Below are positions 1 to 13,890 of a stretch of 64,000 nucleotides of DNA, piece by piece. Where the stretch lies: the NCBI RefSeq assembly GCF_024521635.1, contig NW_026250433.1, positions 372,001-436,000 on the forward strand. Reading direction: 5' to 3'. The first letter of the stretch is position 1. Each line of letters opens with the position of its first letter. Made by a program: the position numbers and the translations under genes. The stretch comes from Tricharina praecox. Taxonomy: Eukaryota. The notes beneath the pieces are model-generated. The model was not told where the DNA came from. It saw only the letters and a program-made list of their open reading frames with translations, and ran no database searches.

Positions 1-3000
1 AAAAAGCGAACTTTTTTTGGTGTCCCGCGTGTCAACGGAATGAACCGAATCCTCGTCCTTCACAGCGCAAATGGCCGTAACGAGCGACAGCCACCAACTA
101 CCGGTACCGGTGCCGTATCATGTCGAACCATCGCGGAAGTCCACAGTAACATACCGGTACTGTACCCGCGTACGGTACGTGGAAGACATGTTACGGTCAT
201 TACCGCTGATTTCCGTTGGCCGTACCATAGCCGCCGTTAATCGGCCCGGGAAACGCGGGACCGTTGAAGAGGCCGATCAGTTAGGGGAGTGGGGAAGACG
301 CCAGATGTATGCCGCACACAGGAGCCGCCAACGGCGCAACGTCCGTCGGACGATCTTCAGTGCCCCGGCGCGGCCCACGCCCCGCCCCATCAGACTCTGG
401 GGTCCAGCATAGGTAGGCACCTAGCATGGTGTCGTCGGGAACGCGGTTTCCGGGTCTCCGGGTTTCCGGGGTTTCCGGGTTCCTAGTGCGGGTATGTGGG
501 CGTGCTAGGTGTTCCGGGAACGCGGCAGTGCCGGCGGAAACTGTTTTCGGCCTCCGACCCGACGGCGACAGTGACAGCGACATGTCTGAGGTTCGTCGGT
601 AATTAAGGGTAACTAAGGGCGGGTGTTTGTTTGGAGTGCGAGTCCACTCCAGATGGAGATATCGGTAGCTGTTGTTGTTGTCCGGTCGGAGGATGCTGAA
701 GGTAGGTAGAGTACCGTAGCCACGGGGAACGGGGAATGGGGATCAGACGGAGAGAGAGTGTACGGCAAAGGCGTAAGGACGGAGCGAGGAGTCGTTCGGG
801 GACGTCGGGGGGAAAAGGCGGACGAAGAACGATAGTAGGTAGGTAATAGTTTCTCAGGAGTGTCCAGACTCCAACAATGATGCGGCCCGCTGAGCGCTAC
901 AGGTGACAGCCAAAGGTATCAGCCACTCAGTACCTAGAGCAGAGTGACAGCTGCGGGCACCTGTCACTGGTCACCTTCTGTGGGCCTCGTGGAGCCAGAC
1001 CCGATCCGGTTGGCTCCAACGTTGAGATGTTGCTACTTTTTATGTTCGTCTGATCGGTTGGCCAACATACTCAACCATCATAGACCTCACCATCACCAGT
1101 TAGTTTTACATCTCGTCATTCAACTCGCGGGGTACAGGTTCATCACCTGAAGAACACAGCTGGCTCTTTTCTTTCAGTGTCGTGTTCTCTCTAGTAAAAT
1201 ACAATCGGTCTTCTATCTTTTTATCAAAGTTGCCTGAGGGTCATCTCGTCCCCAGTGCTTCACTACAAGGCTACAACGCGCCTGGTTTGCCCTATTCACT
1301 TACGGCAATGTTCTATTCATCGAGTTTCTGTATGGTGCACGTAAGGCTGGTGAATGAGAGAACCTTTGCGACGTGTGGGCTGGCCTTGTATGACATACTC
1401 CAGGTACTCTACTCCAGGTCGGGTTTCAATCTCCCTTGCATCGTGAACTCCGTCTCTCAGCTAAAGCGTGAAGCGGACGACATGGTCAACACGCAGCTTC
1501 TGTCTCTCCTCCGCGCGCCCCATCGCAGCGACACCTTATCCTCCTCCTCCTCCTTCTACTCCTCCGAGCACATATTACGGTATGTAGCACCCGTCAATCG
1601 CCTAGGTACGGCGCCCAGGTACGGTATACAACCTCAACCGAAGTTCCTCCCCACCACCGCCGCCGCCGACAAATTCTGCCGAGAATCGTTTCTCCTAACG
1701 ACTCGTGTATCCCCTATATCTCCGCGTCTATGACTCGGATCTCGTACCAATAATTGACTGACGATGGTTTCAGGCACCAGTGAGTCGGCTATAGCACCTA
1801 TCACAGCTCCCACCACTCTTGCCACTACCAGCACCACCACCACCGCATTGGAACATCGCCATTCAATTATCTACGGTACATATCAGTCCTCACATCCCGC
1901 GCCACCGGCGCGCATGTCCCTTACCTCGCCCTCACCCTCACCACGCCCTCGCCCTCGCCCTCGCCCTCGCCCTCGCCCTCGCCCTTCCTCGGCTCTTTAA
2001 TCTCGTCCTCCTTTAGGCTTTAGGCCCCGTAAGGCTGAGTGAGACCAAGCAGCCCATAAACGAATCGACGGGTCTAGAGGGCGGCGGGTGTGAGCACAGG
2101 CGTGAGCACAGGGTGGCACATACATATTGCTGTCGCTCACAAAATTTTCGACATTCAGCCGATGGATAGATAACCCATGCCCCCGCTCACACACGCAGTG
2201 CGCATACATATCATATACTTCCCAGTCCCCCGTCTCTCCCCCACGAACTGCACTGCGCAGAAAACGGAACCTTATCGAGATACAGTGGTGGTATCGGGGA
2301 TTCCGGAATGCGGAGAGAGGCTGGGGGGAAACAAACGGGTGCTCGGTGAGTTGATTGCTGGCTGCATCCCGAGGTTTTTTCCTTGTCGATGTTGAAAGAG
2401 TCAGATTCATGCGCGATACGGCTGCATGATCGGGTGAGGGGAGGGGGGAGGGGAGGGGGGAGGGGAGAGGAAAGAAAGGAATGGGAGGGAATGGGTCAGG
2501 TGGGGTGGGGGGATGGGGGGAAACATTCGATATCGGATAAAAGAAATTCCTCGTATCTACAAACTGGTAGGTACGAGGAGATGCTTTCTGTGGTACGTAT
2601 CGTATCATAGGATATCTCGTTCCTTCTTCGTTCCTTCCTTCCTTCACTGTTCCCTCCTGATACAGCTGCCATACGAAGCATGTACCGATGCGATGAAGCC
2701 ACGGAAATGCATACCGATACTCATCATACTCCATGTGCCCCAGGCCCAATGCCCCGTCCCCAACCCGCTTCCCCCCACCCCGCCCCGCCTCGTCTCGCGA
2801 GTCGCGACCTCAAGGCTCAATCCTTACAGCGCCCATGAATGTACGGGATGACATGATGACATTCGCGGGTGCGAGGCGAGGCGAAAGAAATATCATATGT
2901 ATGTAGATAACCACCTAATGCGCATGCATGACGCACTTGCATCACATCCCCATCCCCACGCCCACGCCCACGCCCACGCATCCACCTCTCCCTCCCTCCC

Positions 3001-4882
3001 TCTGTCTCCACCACGCCTTCTCTCTCGCTCGCACCCACGCACGCCCTCATCGCGTACGGATACCGGTAGACGCGTGGGCAGCGTATCTGGAGTACCGTAT
3101 GTAGGCAGACAACTACGGTACTCCACATGATTAGCGACATATCATACGCACATACGTACGAAAATTTTCTCGAGAAGGTGCCACACGCTGTCTGTCATGC
3201 TCTGCGCAGGAAGGAAGGAAGGAAGCTGTGAAGATTACTAGTACTCGTACATAGGCCATCAGCGGGTACTCGGCAGCGTAGTGGGTTTGTAGAGTACCGT
3301 AGTTCCCGGTGGTAGTGGTAGTGGTAGTGGCGAACGCAGAGGGGGAGGGAGAGACACACTTGGGGAGGGACAGAGAAAGAGAGAGAGGGAGATAGGGATG
3401 GGACGATGCGAAGGCAAAGAAGTATCACAAGTACGTGATGGAGCAGGCAGGTGGAGCAGGCAGGTAGAGCAGGTACATACGGTGGGTACAGCGGCCCGGC
3501 GCATCGCATGGTCGTGCCTGGGGGGCCAGTACCGTAACATACTCTACATAGAGTATCGCCGGCCTAGACTTTTCAAGCACATCCGAGCATGTCCGCCGCC
3601 CGCCGTCCGGTGCAGGGTACTACCTCGACTCTCAGAGTCTGCTGTCTATTGCAAGCAGAGCACGATACACAGCCGTTCCCCCCCCTCCCCCACCCTCTCT
3701 AGACTCCCCCTCCCCCTCGAAACGAAACGAAACGAAACATCCCCCCACCCCCCACGAAGCCGGAATGCGAACAAAAACGTGAACGCAAACACGCTCACAG
3801 AAACGCGCTCACACGCGCAGCGACGCAGCTTCAGCGTTTCCCCTGGGGCCTGCCGCAGTGCGCAGTGCCCACCGCCGCCCCATCCCATCCCATCTTCAGG
3901 CCTCCGACCGGGCCTCCGACCGGGAGTCACCCGCGTCCCCCCGTGCCCCCCCCCCCCCCCTCTCGCTCTCGCTCTGTACATAGTATCATAGCTATTCTGT
4001 ACTATCATAACAACTCTAGTATAATAGATATCCCATTCGTGCGCGATGACGCAGCGCAACGCCATGACGCCATTGCACATTTCCTCCACATTTCCTCCAC
4101 ATTTCCTCCACATTGACAATTACAATTACGGGTGCCGAGTGATTTATGCACTACTCTACCTTTCAAACCCCACTCCCCACATAGTCTCCGAGCACATTTC
4201 AGGTATGGGATGAACAGAAAAGGATCTACTACATGCCCTCGTGACTCGTGAGTCGTGAATCGTGATCGCCAAAGATGAAACGATTCGCTTTTCTGGGGTT
4301 GCGGGTGGGGATGGGATGATGTCACGTTCGCACGTGCGGTGATGCGGCGGCTGGGCAGGACTACCTAGTCTCATCACAATGTGTCACTCGTATCGACTCT
4401 TCCACACACAGGAAATGGGGGCGATGATGAGTATATCGATTGATCGTAAAACAAAAAAAAAGCAGTTGCATTTGTATGTACCTCATCGCACAAAAACAAG
4501 ATCTCCTTGCCGTAAAACTCCCTAAGTATGCAACCATCCCTCCAAATCCTCTCAAACGAGGACACCAGAAAACCAAGACAAGAAAAACAGACAACTTCGA
4601 ATTAACAAGTTCATGAAAGAGAAAGAACTACGCCACCACTCCGTGGAAAAAATGCCACCACCGTTCCACAAAAACAAATCTCAACAACAGTGTAAGGAGA
4701 TGAAAGAAGCAAACTAGGTATTCGAGTAGGAGAGGACAGTAAACTTGACTAAAAAAACCTGAGTAGAAAAAAGCAGAACGGATGTCACGGGAAAATAGCA
4801 CGGGAAATCATGACAGCAACTAGCCAACTCACCTGCAAAGTTCAGTGCGGCGGCAGGAAGAATGGGTATTGCATGATCGCAT

Positions 4883-7775
4883 TTACCAGTCGCCGGAACC
4901 GAGGTAACCCTTCCTGCCATCTCCGCAACCGTCGACAGAAGGGCACATTTCACGCAGTTTGTCGAGCCACGGGATCCTCTTCGGAGTTGAAGCCTTCTTC
5001 TTCTTAGGGGGAGCAGCTTCAACCTCAGAGCCGGGAAGACCTTCGCAGCGGTAAAAGTTGGCGGTGCGGAGGTGAGGCATCACCAGAATAGGCGATGGCG
5101 GCGGGGGATCATGCCTCGCATCGTCTTCCGTGGTGAACAGGTAGTTCCATTCGATAACGCAATGGCTAAGGAATAGGTGCTGCAGCTGGGGGAAAATTAT
5201 TGGAGGCACGTCCAATTCCTCGGGCGAGAGTTTCACCATAGGAGTTGACTGCGCGCCATCGCTTCTGCGTGCTGTTCGGATGTTCAGGTTAGTACTCAAT
5301 CAATTCCGATGTTCCAAATGATGCTCACCCTTCTTGAGCTCAACCTCAGGACCGGGTGGACCGATTTCCAGTCGTTCGAGTGTTCCCTTGCTGCCTCCTA
5401 CCAACGCCCAAAGATATGCGGCATGAACGTTATCCGGTACCTTGTTGACGGCCCGTGAACCTAATTCGCCTAGGTATTCGACGCTGAAGGACTTGAGGCG
5501 TGGAATGTCTTGCCATTCGATCTCTTGAGCGGTGGGAGTGCGGAGGCCCTCTGCGCTGTCATCGCGGGCAAACTTATCGACCCAATCAGGAGAAGAGAGG
5601 ATGGTAGCTACGAACAGGCGCTCCAGTTCCGGAAACCAAGTACCGAAGCACCTCAACTCGTCCCAATGAATCGCAGATTTCCAAGCTCCCAGGAAGCTCA
5701 GGTGAGTGATTCGATTATCGGACATCACCAAGCCACTAGCATGGAGACCCGAGAGACTTCTCAGGGATTCTAGGTCCAACGACGCATCAAGCCTCAGCTT
5801 TTGGACATTCAGTGCATGAGAGATCACGGACTTTGTTGCTTGGTTGGCGTCCAGTTTGTTGGCCGACATGTCATGAACCGACAGGACCTTGAAGCCATCC
5901 GACCAGAGGCGTCGGAGTATCTGATTCAGAGCGGCTTGAGTGAGCTTCTTGCCGACGATATGCAATGATTGCAGCTGCCAGTGCTTCCTGCGGACAAGCA
6001 GATCTGCAGTTTCAACCGCTCCCTCGATATTGAGGAGACTGACGTCCATGGTGAACATGCGGATCGACGTCTCGGGCAAGCGACGAATAAATTGCATGAA
6101 ATTAGCGCCGGATTTAAACGTGTCCTTCGAATCTATGAGCACCTTGGACCAGACTCCCTTCAGGTCGAAGAATGCGCGGAAGGTTCTGCACGTTCCAAGA
6201 AGCAGGATCAGTATATCCCGAAGGGGAAGATATGCGAGGACGTTCGATAAGCCTATGGGTATGGGATCAGTGATGGCCAATGAAAGCTTGTGGTCGGACG
6301 TTATACATTCCGGTGACAGTTTGAACGTTCCAATACTTCCTCTCGTCATTGGGTTGTTGTCCTCCTTCTGCTGTGTCACCCATACAGGCGAAACGCCTGG
6401 ATACCGGGCCAAGTTGTCAGTGCTTGCTACGATGTTCTCCATGCAATACTTGCGCAGCTCCAAGACTGTGTTGGAAGGCGTGACACCACTCGTCATAATC
6501 TTGAAGATGATGGACTGCAAAGAATCTCTTGAGAACCTTCCAAGCCAGGTCACCACATTTGAGGTGTCCATGTCCTCGCCGACATCTGCACAGAGGAGGA
6601 TGAAGTGGCGATGCCAGGAATTATTGCCATCGCAGTCCCTATTGTTGGCCGAACGGACAGACCGGACGAGGCTCCTTCTGATTTCTCCCTTGAACACATC
6701 CGGTAGAGTTTTGTCACAGAGCAGCCACTCAACGATACGAGTAAGAGCCTTTCTAGGCTGGTGGCTGAGAAGCACCGCCGTATCTTGACTAAGCGCATGC
6801 TCGAACATCTTCAAGTAGTCGAACGCGATGTTGCTGACCTGGCCAGCAACGGTACTCTGGCCGGCTGTCTGCGACTTGATCGTATCAGTCCTGTCAGTTG
6901 AAGAGGCTCTCGGTCGCTTTCTAGAAGAGCTCAGAGCAGCCGTTGTCGAGGAAGAAGTTGCCTGCGACGGACTTGGATAGCCGGGAACATATTGTGGGTG
7001 GCCGAATGCTGAGCTGTGACGTAGATGATCGGGTCCACCTGGCTGGGCAGTCAACGTTTTCGACTGAGAGTTGAGCCGAGCGACGTACGTATCCATAAAG
7101 CTCCTGACCATTCCCTGTTGACTGAGATGATAGTTCTACAGGATAGATGGATAGGTATTAGCATTGGAACAAGTGTTCGAGGACGAAGTGACTTGACGGA
7201 GGGGGCAAGGTTTGCGGGTGTCTAACATTGAACTTCTCCTGCTGATCCAAGTGTTCCTTCAGACTCCTCTGTTGTTGGTGGAGGATCTCGGTCTGTTTCT
7301 TTTGAAGGTCATCCCAGCTGGAAGCGAAGACGGCCAGTGGGTCACGGTTGTCGAGTAGTGGGACACCCACGTTCTCGCCGATGGGTACACCATCAAACAG
7401 CCAGTCGGGATTGCTAGGCGCGGGGCTGTGTGGAGCTTGAGCAGGCTCACTAGCTGCGGGGAAGAAATTAGGAAAGAGAAGGGGAGGGGAATTTGCGGGT
7501 GGGTGAGGGTTCTGCAGCTGGGGGGCCTCGAGGGGGCCGGCCTGCTGCTCATCGATGTGGATCAGCCCATGACGCTCAATGTTTTGCATGAACTCCTCGA
7601 TGTCCTCCATAGCGTCCCCTAGGGGGACCCCAAAGTCCGGGAACATTGGGCTATCCTGCTGGGAGGGCTGAGCAGCGAGGGGGGTGCGTGAGGGGAGCGG
7701 GGGAGCAGGGGACGAAGGCACAACAGCGTTGTGTGAGAGCGCATAGCTGCGGTCTCCTGTGAAGCTATTGTCCAT
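4883..7775 (-). CDS. F-box / leucine-rich-repeat-like protein, 3 exons (7775-7227, 7135-5329, 5271-4883), ~914 aa
   Basis: Three consecutive minus ORFs join in frame across introns 7226-7136 (GTTAGA...GCTAAT...TAG) and 5328-5272 (GTGAGC...TACTAAC...CAG). F-box-like motif IPIGLSNVLAYLPLRDILILLLGTCRTFRAFFDLKGVWSKV is followed by LxxLxL-type repeats (LQSLHI, VQKLRL, ITHLSF, LERLFV, LKSFSV, LERLEI, LQHLFL). The start ATG at 7775 (MDNSFTG) is inferred. Confidence 0.8.
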
Positions 7776-8617
7776 CGTCTGCTCGCTCTTGGGGGGTACT
7801 GGGATCTGGCAAGTGCGGAATGTTGCGAACGAACTGTGGGGGTGGGAATTGGCCTTGAGGGGGAGGGAGGGAGGGTGGGGGGGTGGTGAGGGTCGAGAAA
7901 GCAGCAAAACAATAGGAGGGAGCAGCAACATAGTAGGAGATACAACATATAAAATTCGTTATTAGGGTTGTTAAAGTGGAAGAGCATTTCCGAATACGGG
8001 GAACGACAAGCCATAAAAGGAGATTTACAATTATAAATGCTGGAGCCATTAAAGAAAATTTACAATAATAATTGCTACATACATCATCATACACTACAGA
8101 TCAGACCTTGGCCACTGCCAGTCCGCCGCCGCCGGTACGTCTGCCTCGCCGTCGCTGCACGACCGCTCGAGGGTGATATTGACCTCCTCCAACCCAACCC
8201 CTCCCCCCCCCCCCCTCCCAACCCGATGGCCGCCCACGATCCATATCGACAGCAATCCCTCCGAAAACATGCAATCTATCAAAACACGCAAATCCAAACA
8301 AATCCAAGCAGACCCAATCCACCCCATCGAAACACGACCATGCCAATGACCAAATCCCAGGTGTCCTCCTCCACATCGTCCCGCCTTCACGTCACCTCCT
8401 CCGTCCGCCCCCTCCCCCCGTCTCCTCCATATTCCTCCTTCCTCTCCTCCATACCTCCCATACGCCTATACGCCCAGCCAAAAAACTATGAAGAAAAAAA
8501 CCACACCGACATTCATGCAGCATCAACACAGCACCAAAGGACGAAAACAATCTAATCGAGTCGAGCAAGTAACCGAAAGAACCACAACAACACGCAGCAT
8601 CACTTCCCCTCTCCCGT

Positions 8618-9088
8618 CTAGTCCAGTCCCGTCTTCTCCAACGTCATGGGCCCCCGAATGTAGGTATCATTCGAAGCGACCGAGAAGTCAGTCTCGACCC
8701 TGCTGATGCCATCACTCGTGGTCATGGCCCTCCGCAAGCTCGGCCTGATCGCCGCTGAAGGAAGCGAGGGAGAAGTTGGTGCACTGCGAACACTGGAGGC
8801 CCGATCGGACTCGGCGTCCTCCCGGTATTTGTTCCTCAACCGGTCGCTCAGGGACCGCACGAACTCTGGCCGCGGGATACGGCAGATCGTTCGGTCGCCG
8901 CCGTAGACGGCGAAGGGGAGCGAGAGCACGGCTAGGATCACGCCGGCGAGGGTCACGAACATCGTGTCCTGTTGCTCGGGCTGCTGGTGGACGACGGTGT
9001 CTAGCGAGGTGTCAACAGACGGATAGGCAAGAGTCGTCGCGGGTTTAGTACTCGATCGTTTGAGGTTCCGAAGGAATGGTGCGGGCAT
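8618..9088 (-). CDS. Small hypothetical protein with one hydrophobic (signal/TM) segment
   Basis: 156-aa ORF, or 114 aa from the ATG at 8962. MFVTLAGVILAVLSLPFAVYGG is followed by a Ser/Arg-rich tail. No family recognised. Confidence 0.45.
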   Translation of the reverse strand: MPAPFLRNLKRSSTKPATTLAYPSVDTSLDTVVHQQPEQQDTMFVTLAGVILAVLSLPFAVYGGDRTICRIPRPEFVRSLSDRLRNKYREDAESDRASSVRSAPTSPSLPSAAIRPSLRRAMTTSDGISRVETDFSVASNDTYIRGPMTLEKTGLD

Positions 9089-11221
9089 ACAGTGCTCTCA
9101 CTCTCTCTCGATGTGTGTGTGGATGCTGCAATCGTTGTAGGAAGCGTTTGTTATAGTGATGTTGCGAGGATATCGATGCGATGCGTAGGCTTGAGTGATG
9201 TATAGTGTACTATTGCAGGTAAGAATACGATCCACTCCAAACGGCGGGCCATGGTGGATTATATACCTCATGTACGTATGTGCCTCCTCCCCACCACTCT
9301 GTCGACGCGTGCCATGAGCAAGGCTTACTCACACAAAGAACTCGTGAGTAATAGGCAACAATCCAGCACACCTTGCGCGCACCACACCCCCCTCCCCCAA
9401 CTACTCACCCATAGTAGGCGCACCATTTTTTCCCAATTTCGTAACACGATTCGCTGGCAGGGGAAAGGGGAGAGGGATCTCGCAACTTCACCTGCGCCTT
9501 CTCCGTCGGCCGGAATCTGCCTCGTCCATGTAGGTAAGAAGCTTGACTCTGCAGGATACGCTGCGGCCACTGGTCGAATGTCGATAATCAACGGTTTCGT
9601 GGATCCATCTGCGAGTGCGGCAGCTAGAGTAGCTGGCCGACCCCAATCGTCGGGTGGTGGTGGTGGTGGTGGGGAGGGTCAGGGGCAGGGACAGGGGATA
9701 ACGGTGTCACGGGCACGGGGGATTACCTATTTTTCGGTGGGGTAGGTAAGAAGTAACATATTGCATGGGTGCATGCTGAGTGCTGAGTGCTGCTAGGTAC
9801 TCGGCGTTTCCTTCTCGCTGCGCATGATACAAACCAGCTTACCAGGTATCGATCTGTTACCAGAAATACCGTACCGGCACCAGCTACCGATCGTTATGAG
9901 TAATAGTTATCTTCGACGTTCGAACTTCGAAGGCCGCCGCGGATGCGTGTCCGCGCGTTCCGGCTTGCGAACGACCTGGCGTCATGGCTGCCCTCTTCGA
10001 CGAAAGATGGAGGAGGTAAGGTATCATCATCATCATACCTACCATCCGAACCATATGTATTCTCATCGGTGTCCGCAGGGTTCGAAAATGGCCGTCGGTA
10101 CGGTATGGTCGAATGTGTCCTGCTAGGTACTCTGCTGCTGTAGTAAGCGCCAATTACAACTCGCCCTGCCGTCTTGTGGCTCAGTCATGTCTTGACTCTT
10201 GTGCACACCTGACTGACAACTCGCCTCCAGAAGTCAACTGTCACACACACACCCGTGATCTGCAGGAGTAGAGTAGAGTACTACCATGCACATACCCCGA
10301 CATTTCCACCCAGGTTGACGGATTCATCATTCATACCAGGCGCCACACCAGACCACGGCGAGAAGCCGCCGATACAACACTCGAGTCACAGCACCGCGCG
10401 GAGCAGGGGCTCTGTGGGAGTCATTACCATGTATCCGTCCGTCGGGCGTGCGTTCACACACACACACTCTCTCTCTCTCTCACTCGGTGGCAAATACGCA
10501 GCCAGCGCGTGCAGCCAGCTGGAGTGAACACCGCGCGTGTGCTGGCAACATTCCGCTGTGTTCACTGTTCACTCATTGTTCAGCCCTGCAGATATGCATT
10601 GTGCTTCTAGGACGGGTGGAGAATCGAGATAGGGGTTCCCTCCCCTGCGGTGATCTGGCTGGCAAGGGCTGAACTGCGGAGGATGCGGAGGAAGGCTTGT
10701 TCTTTCTTCCGCATATGCGCGGAGTGGGCGAGGGTGAGGGTGAGGGCGAGGGTGAGGGTGAGGGCGAGGTTGCACTCACTCACTCACTCTTGCGCGCCTG
10801 CATATCATAGCATACGTGTACAGGGCTCGCCAGTGGCCACGACTTCCGCAGATCAAGCCCGAGAAGTTATGTACTCGTGTAAGGGTAAGTGCTGCCTCAC
10901 CAGTTTTTCCCCCTTACAACTTAGCGTTTTTCCCCCATACAACTTGGTCACAACCACTCACCCATTTAATTGTATCTGGCTTAGTGCATTCCCAATACAG
11001 ACTAGTGCTTGTAATTCGTAATGGAGGTGAGGCACCACTTATTGGCAGCTCCTGGTACGTTACTGTTACCGGCATGCCGCCGACAACGAGTCTTCAGCCT
11101 GGCTCTGGCGACAAGGCGTGGCTACGGGCGCATTTGGCGGGTTCGGTGTTGTCCGATACCTATGCGTGCTCAGTACTGTTTGTGCTCAACTGTGCTCACA
11201 GTGGACACTCCATACAAGCAT

Positions 11222-11886
11222 TAGGGGTAATCAAAGTGCTGTGGGTTGCGAAATCTGTAGCTTTCTAGTGTGCTGATTTTGGCTAATGAGGACGAAGACA
11301 TTTTGATTCCCCCAGTTGGGTTAGTCTGTGGGTTTGTCGCGATCACTAGTCTGTAGCGACGACACACCAAAAAAAAAACAAATCTCCTCCGAATCGTCAC
11401 TGCCACCGAGTTGCTGTTCGGTTCCCAATTGTAATGTGCGTCGGCGGTGCAATGCCCGTGCTCTCTCCAATGTACAAGGCATTGAGGCAGTACTAGGGCG
11501 TACTTTGTACTGAGGGGGACAAAAGACGAAGTCGTGACCGCCTGCAACACCAAAAATACCAGCTGTGGTGGTCACGACTTTTGGTGTGGCGGCGTACGAT
11601 TACACCCTGCCCTGTCGCGTTCTTTCGTTTGCCCTCAGTACAAAGTACAGAGCGAAAAAGTTTTATACACACCGCCGCCGAGCAAGCACTAAAATCTCGT
11701 TAGCTCGCAAATGCTGACCATCTTCTGTCTAGTGGAGGTTCCTTAGCTCGTTGGTGCAAACCCACAAATGGGTTTCCGTCTGTGGGTTCTGTGGGATCTG
11801 TGGGTTCTCAAAGGCCAATAAAAATCCGTCTTTGCTAGCGGGCGAATCCACAGATTTTGCAACCCACGACACTTTGATTACCCCTA
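11222..11886. mobile_element. Non-autonomous TIR element (MITE-like), 665 bp
   Basis: Left end TAGGGGTAATCAAAGTGCTGTGGGTTGCGAAATCTGT versus reverse complement of the right end TAGGGGTAATCAAAGTGTCGTGGGTTGCAAAATCTGT (~37 bp, 3 differences). Subterminal CTGTGGG repeats. No coding capacity. Confidence 0.8.
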
Positions 11887-12962
11887 TTGCTATCAACTCT
11901 GCCCCAGTCCCCCCAGCCTGCAGAACGTCTGAATTCTGGACTATGGAAGCGAGAATTTTGTGTCCAATACAATACAATATCTACTCTACATACCTATGGA
12001 ATTTGAATACAGCCCTCCAAATTGTGCATACGATAGGTATTGAAACCTGCTCCCCCTGCCAAGATGAATCACTGCACTGTGGCGGCCGGCCAAGCCTCAT
12101 TCCGTTGTGGCGGGGGGGGGGGGGGGAGTGTAGTGTATGAAGAGTAGCACTCGAACGCGCAGCGGATCGGGAAATGCACAGATGAGCTGGTCGGGATATG
12201 CGTGTACTCATATGTACTCATAGGTTATGTAGGTTACGACTCCGCGCTCCCTAGGTCGGTGGTATTGCAGCGACCGTCTATGACGCCTCATGAGCAGTCA
12301 CTATTCATCCTACGTACTCTAGCACTGGTTTGCGTCTGGTTTGCGTTCAGGACGTTGGGCGTTGATCGGAAACGCGGGACTTGGCTGAAGTTCGTCGGAG
12401 TTCGAATAAGGCTCCTGTCGGCTGCGGGGTTATCCTAGACGCGGCTACGGTATTCGCGTTTACTGAGCGGAGACCGTCACGACTGGTCACTCGGTTTTGC
12501 GGAAATCTGAAATCGGAATGGGCACTTGGAGTGTAGTTATTTATGACAGGAATAAGTCTGATGCAAGACAAGGCCGCAGCGTATTGCTACTGCTTGAACA
12601 CATATTCCCACGAACATGCCGTACTACAGCCTACAGCGAAATTCCAGAACGCATCTTAATACGCTTGCCACTGAGGGATAGGAGTCTCGATATGCTTGTA
12701 ATTTAGGGACGTAGATGTACAACTTCCACATTACTACAGATCTCATCATCAAGCTGAAAATACTACTAAAAAACTGAAACACATTGAAAAAAAACCCTCA
12801 AGTAAAACATAAAACGCACCTTCTCATGCGCACACCACACCACACCACACCACCCCCGCGGCACCACGGGGTGTGGCTCAGGCATGGTGTACCGCGCGTA
12901 TCGTTGGCGCTTGTGCGGCTTCGCCGCCTCAGTGGGATCTTAACGTAATCGGTTACGTTGAT

Positions 12963-13034
12963 AGAAGGCGTTGCATGGCGAGATGGCAATGCATTGCGAG
13001 ACGGCGTTGCGTTGCCAGAAGGCGTTGCATGACC
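12963..13034. repeat. 18-bp minisatellite, 4 diverged units
   Basis: AGAAGGCGTTGCATGGCG / AGATGGCAATGCATTGCG / AGACGGCGTTGCGTTGCC / AGAAGGCGTTGCATGACC. Confidence 0.75.
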
Positions 13035-13217
13035 GTGTACAATAAGGCCGGATACTGCCATTATTTTGACCCCGGCCTCTCGGCCTCATCATCGGATGCG
13101 ATGGGCTTTATATTTTTGAGGGCCATGGCCCGAGGATGTTCCTTCGGAACGTGAACGGAAAGATGCAAATATCTGCAGAATTGCTTTTGTGAGCTTTCTA
13201 CTAGGCTATGTGCAATA

Positions 13218-13890
13218 TTACTCAGTACTGGCAGATGGGATCATGGAAAAACTTACAGGATCGTGTAGGTGAACACAGGCATTCTTGTAAAGCCTGGAGA
13301 TTCCAGATTCCAGATTCTGCCTTTGGGATCTCCTAAGGGCCAAGGCCGCACGCCAGTCAATGATGCCCACAGACATCTCCTGAAAGAGTCCGTGAATCAC
13401 TAAAGAGTCTGTGAATCATTGACCAGGTGAAATTCGAAGCATAAGTTGATCTCAGTCCGTCGATCGGTAGATCTTTCAAGAATAAATTTTCCCCTTGAAT
13501 CTCGGATTGGATAGCGGCCGCAGCCTGGATATAGAGGGGCTCGGGAGCCCCAATTCTTCCGCCAGCCCTTCGCACGGCTTCACACAATATCTTACTGCAC
13601 GCTGTTTCGATCGAGTTCATTTTCGACCGCTTCATCCATGCTTGGGAATCAATTCGTCATTGATACGCACAAGCTGGATGAACAGCATGCGGGCGTTGCC
13701 GATCTACCTGTTGTAGACTGCTTCTCCGCCCGCAAAGCGATCTCCAAGCTTGTCGCCATCGTACTTATTAGCCTTCTTCTTGATGGTGGCACCACGGAGG
13801 AAGATGCTGTCGACGAGGGTGTGCGTCGGCTAGAGAGTTGCTCCTACGGGCACCTTAAACCCCTCTTTGTTAGCCAAGTTGGAATATGGG
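13218..13890 (-). pseudogene. Decayed coding relic of unknown family
   Basis: One minus frame reads NLANKEGFKVPVGATL*PTHTLVDSIFLRGATIKKKANKYDGDKLGDRFAGGEAVYNR*IGNARMLFIQLVRINDELIPKHG*, which is protein-like but broken by isolated stops. It continues into ORFs 13357-13635 and 13218-13400. Confidence 0.35.

Noticed and set aside
281..583. 100-aa minus ORF and repeated GGGAACGCGG/TTTCCGGG motifs
   Set aside because: No recognisable domain or splice continuation. Could be regulatory DNA for a gene outside the window, but this is not supportable here.
1182..4700. Several 100-250 aa ORFs (e.g. 1182-1733, 1997-2749, 3398-3991)
   Set aside because: They are products of microsatellite and low-complexity sequence, with no codon bias or motifs.
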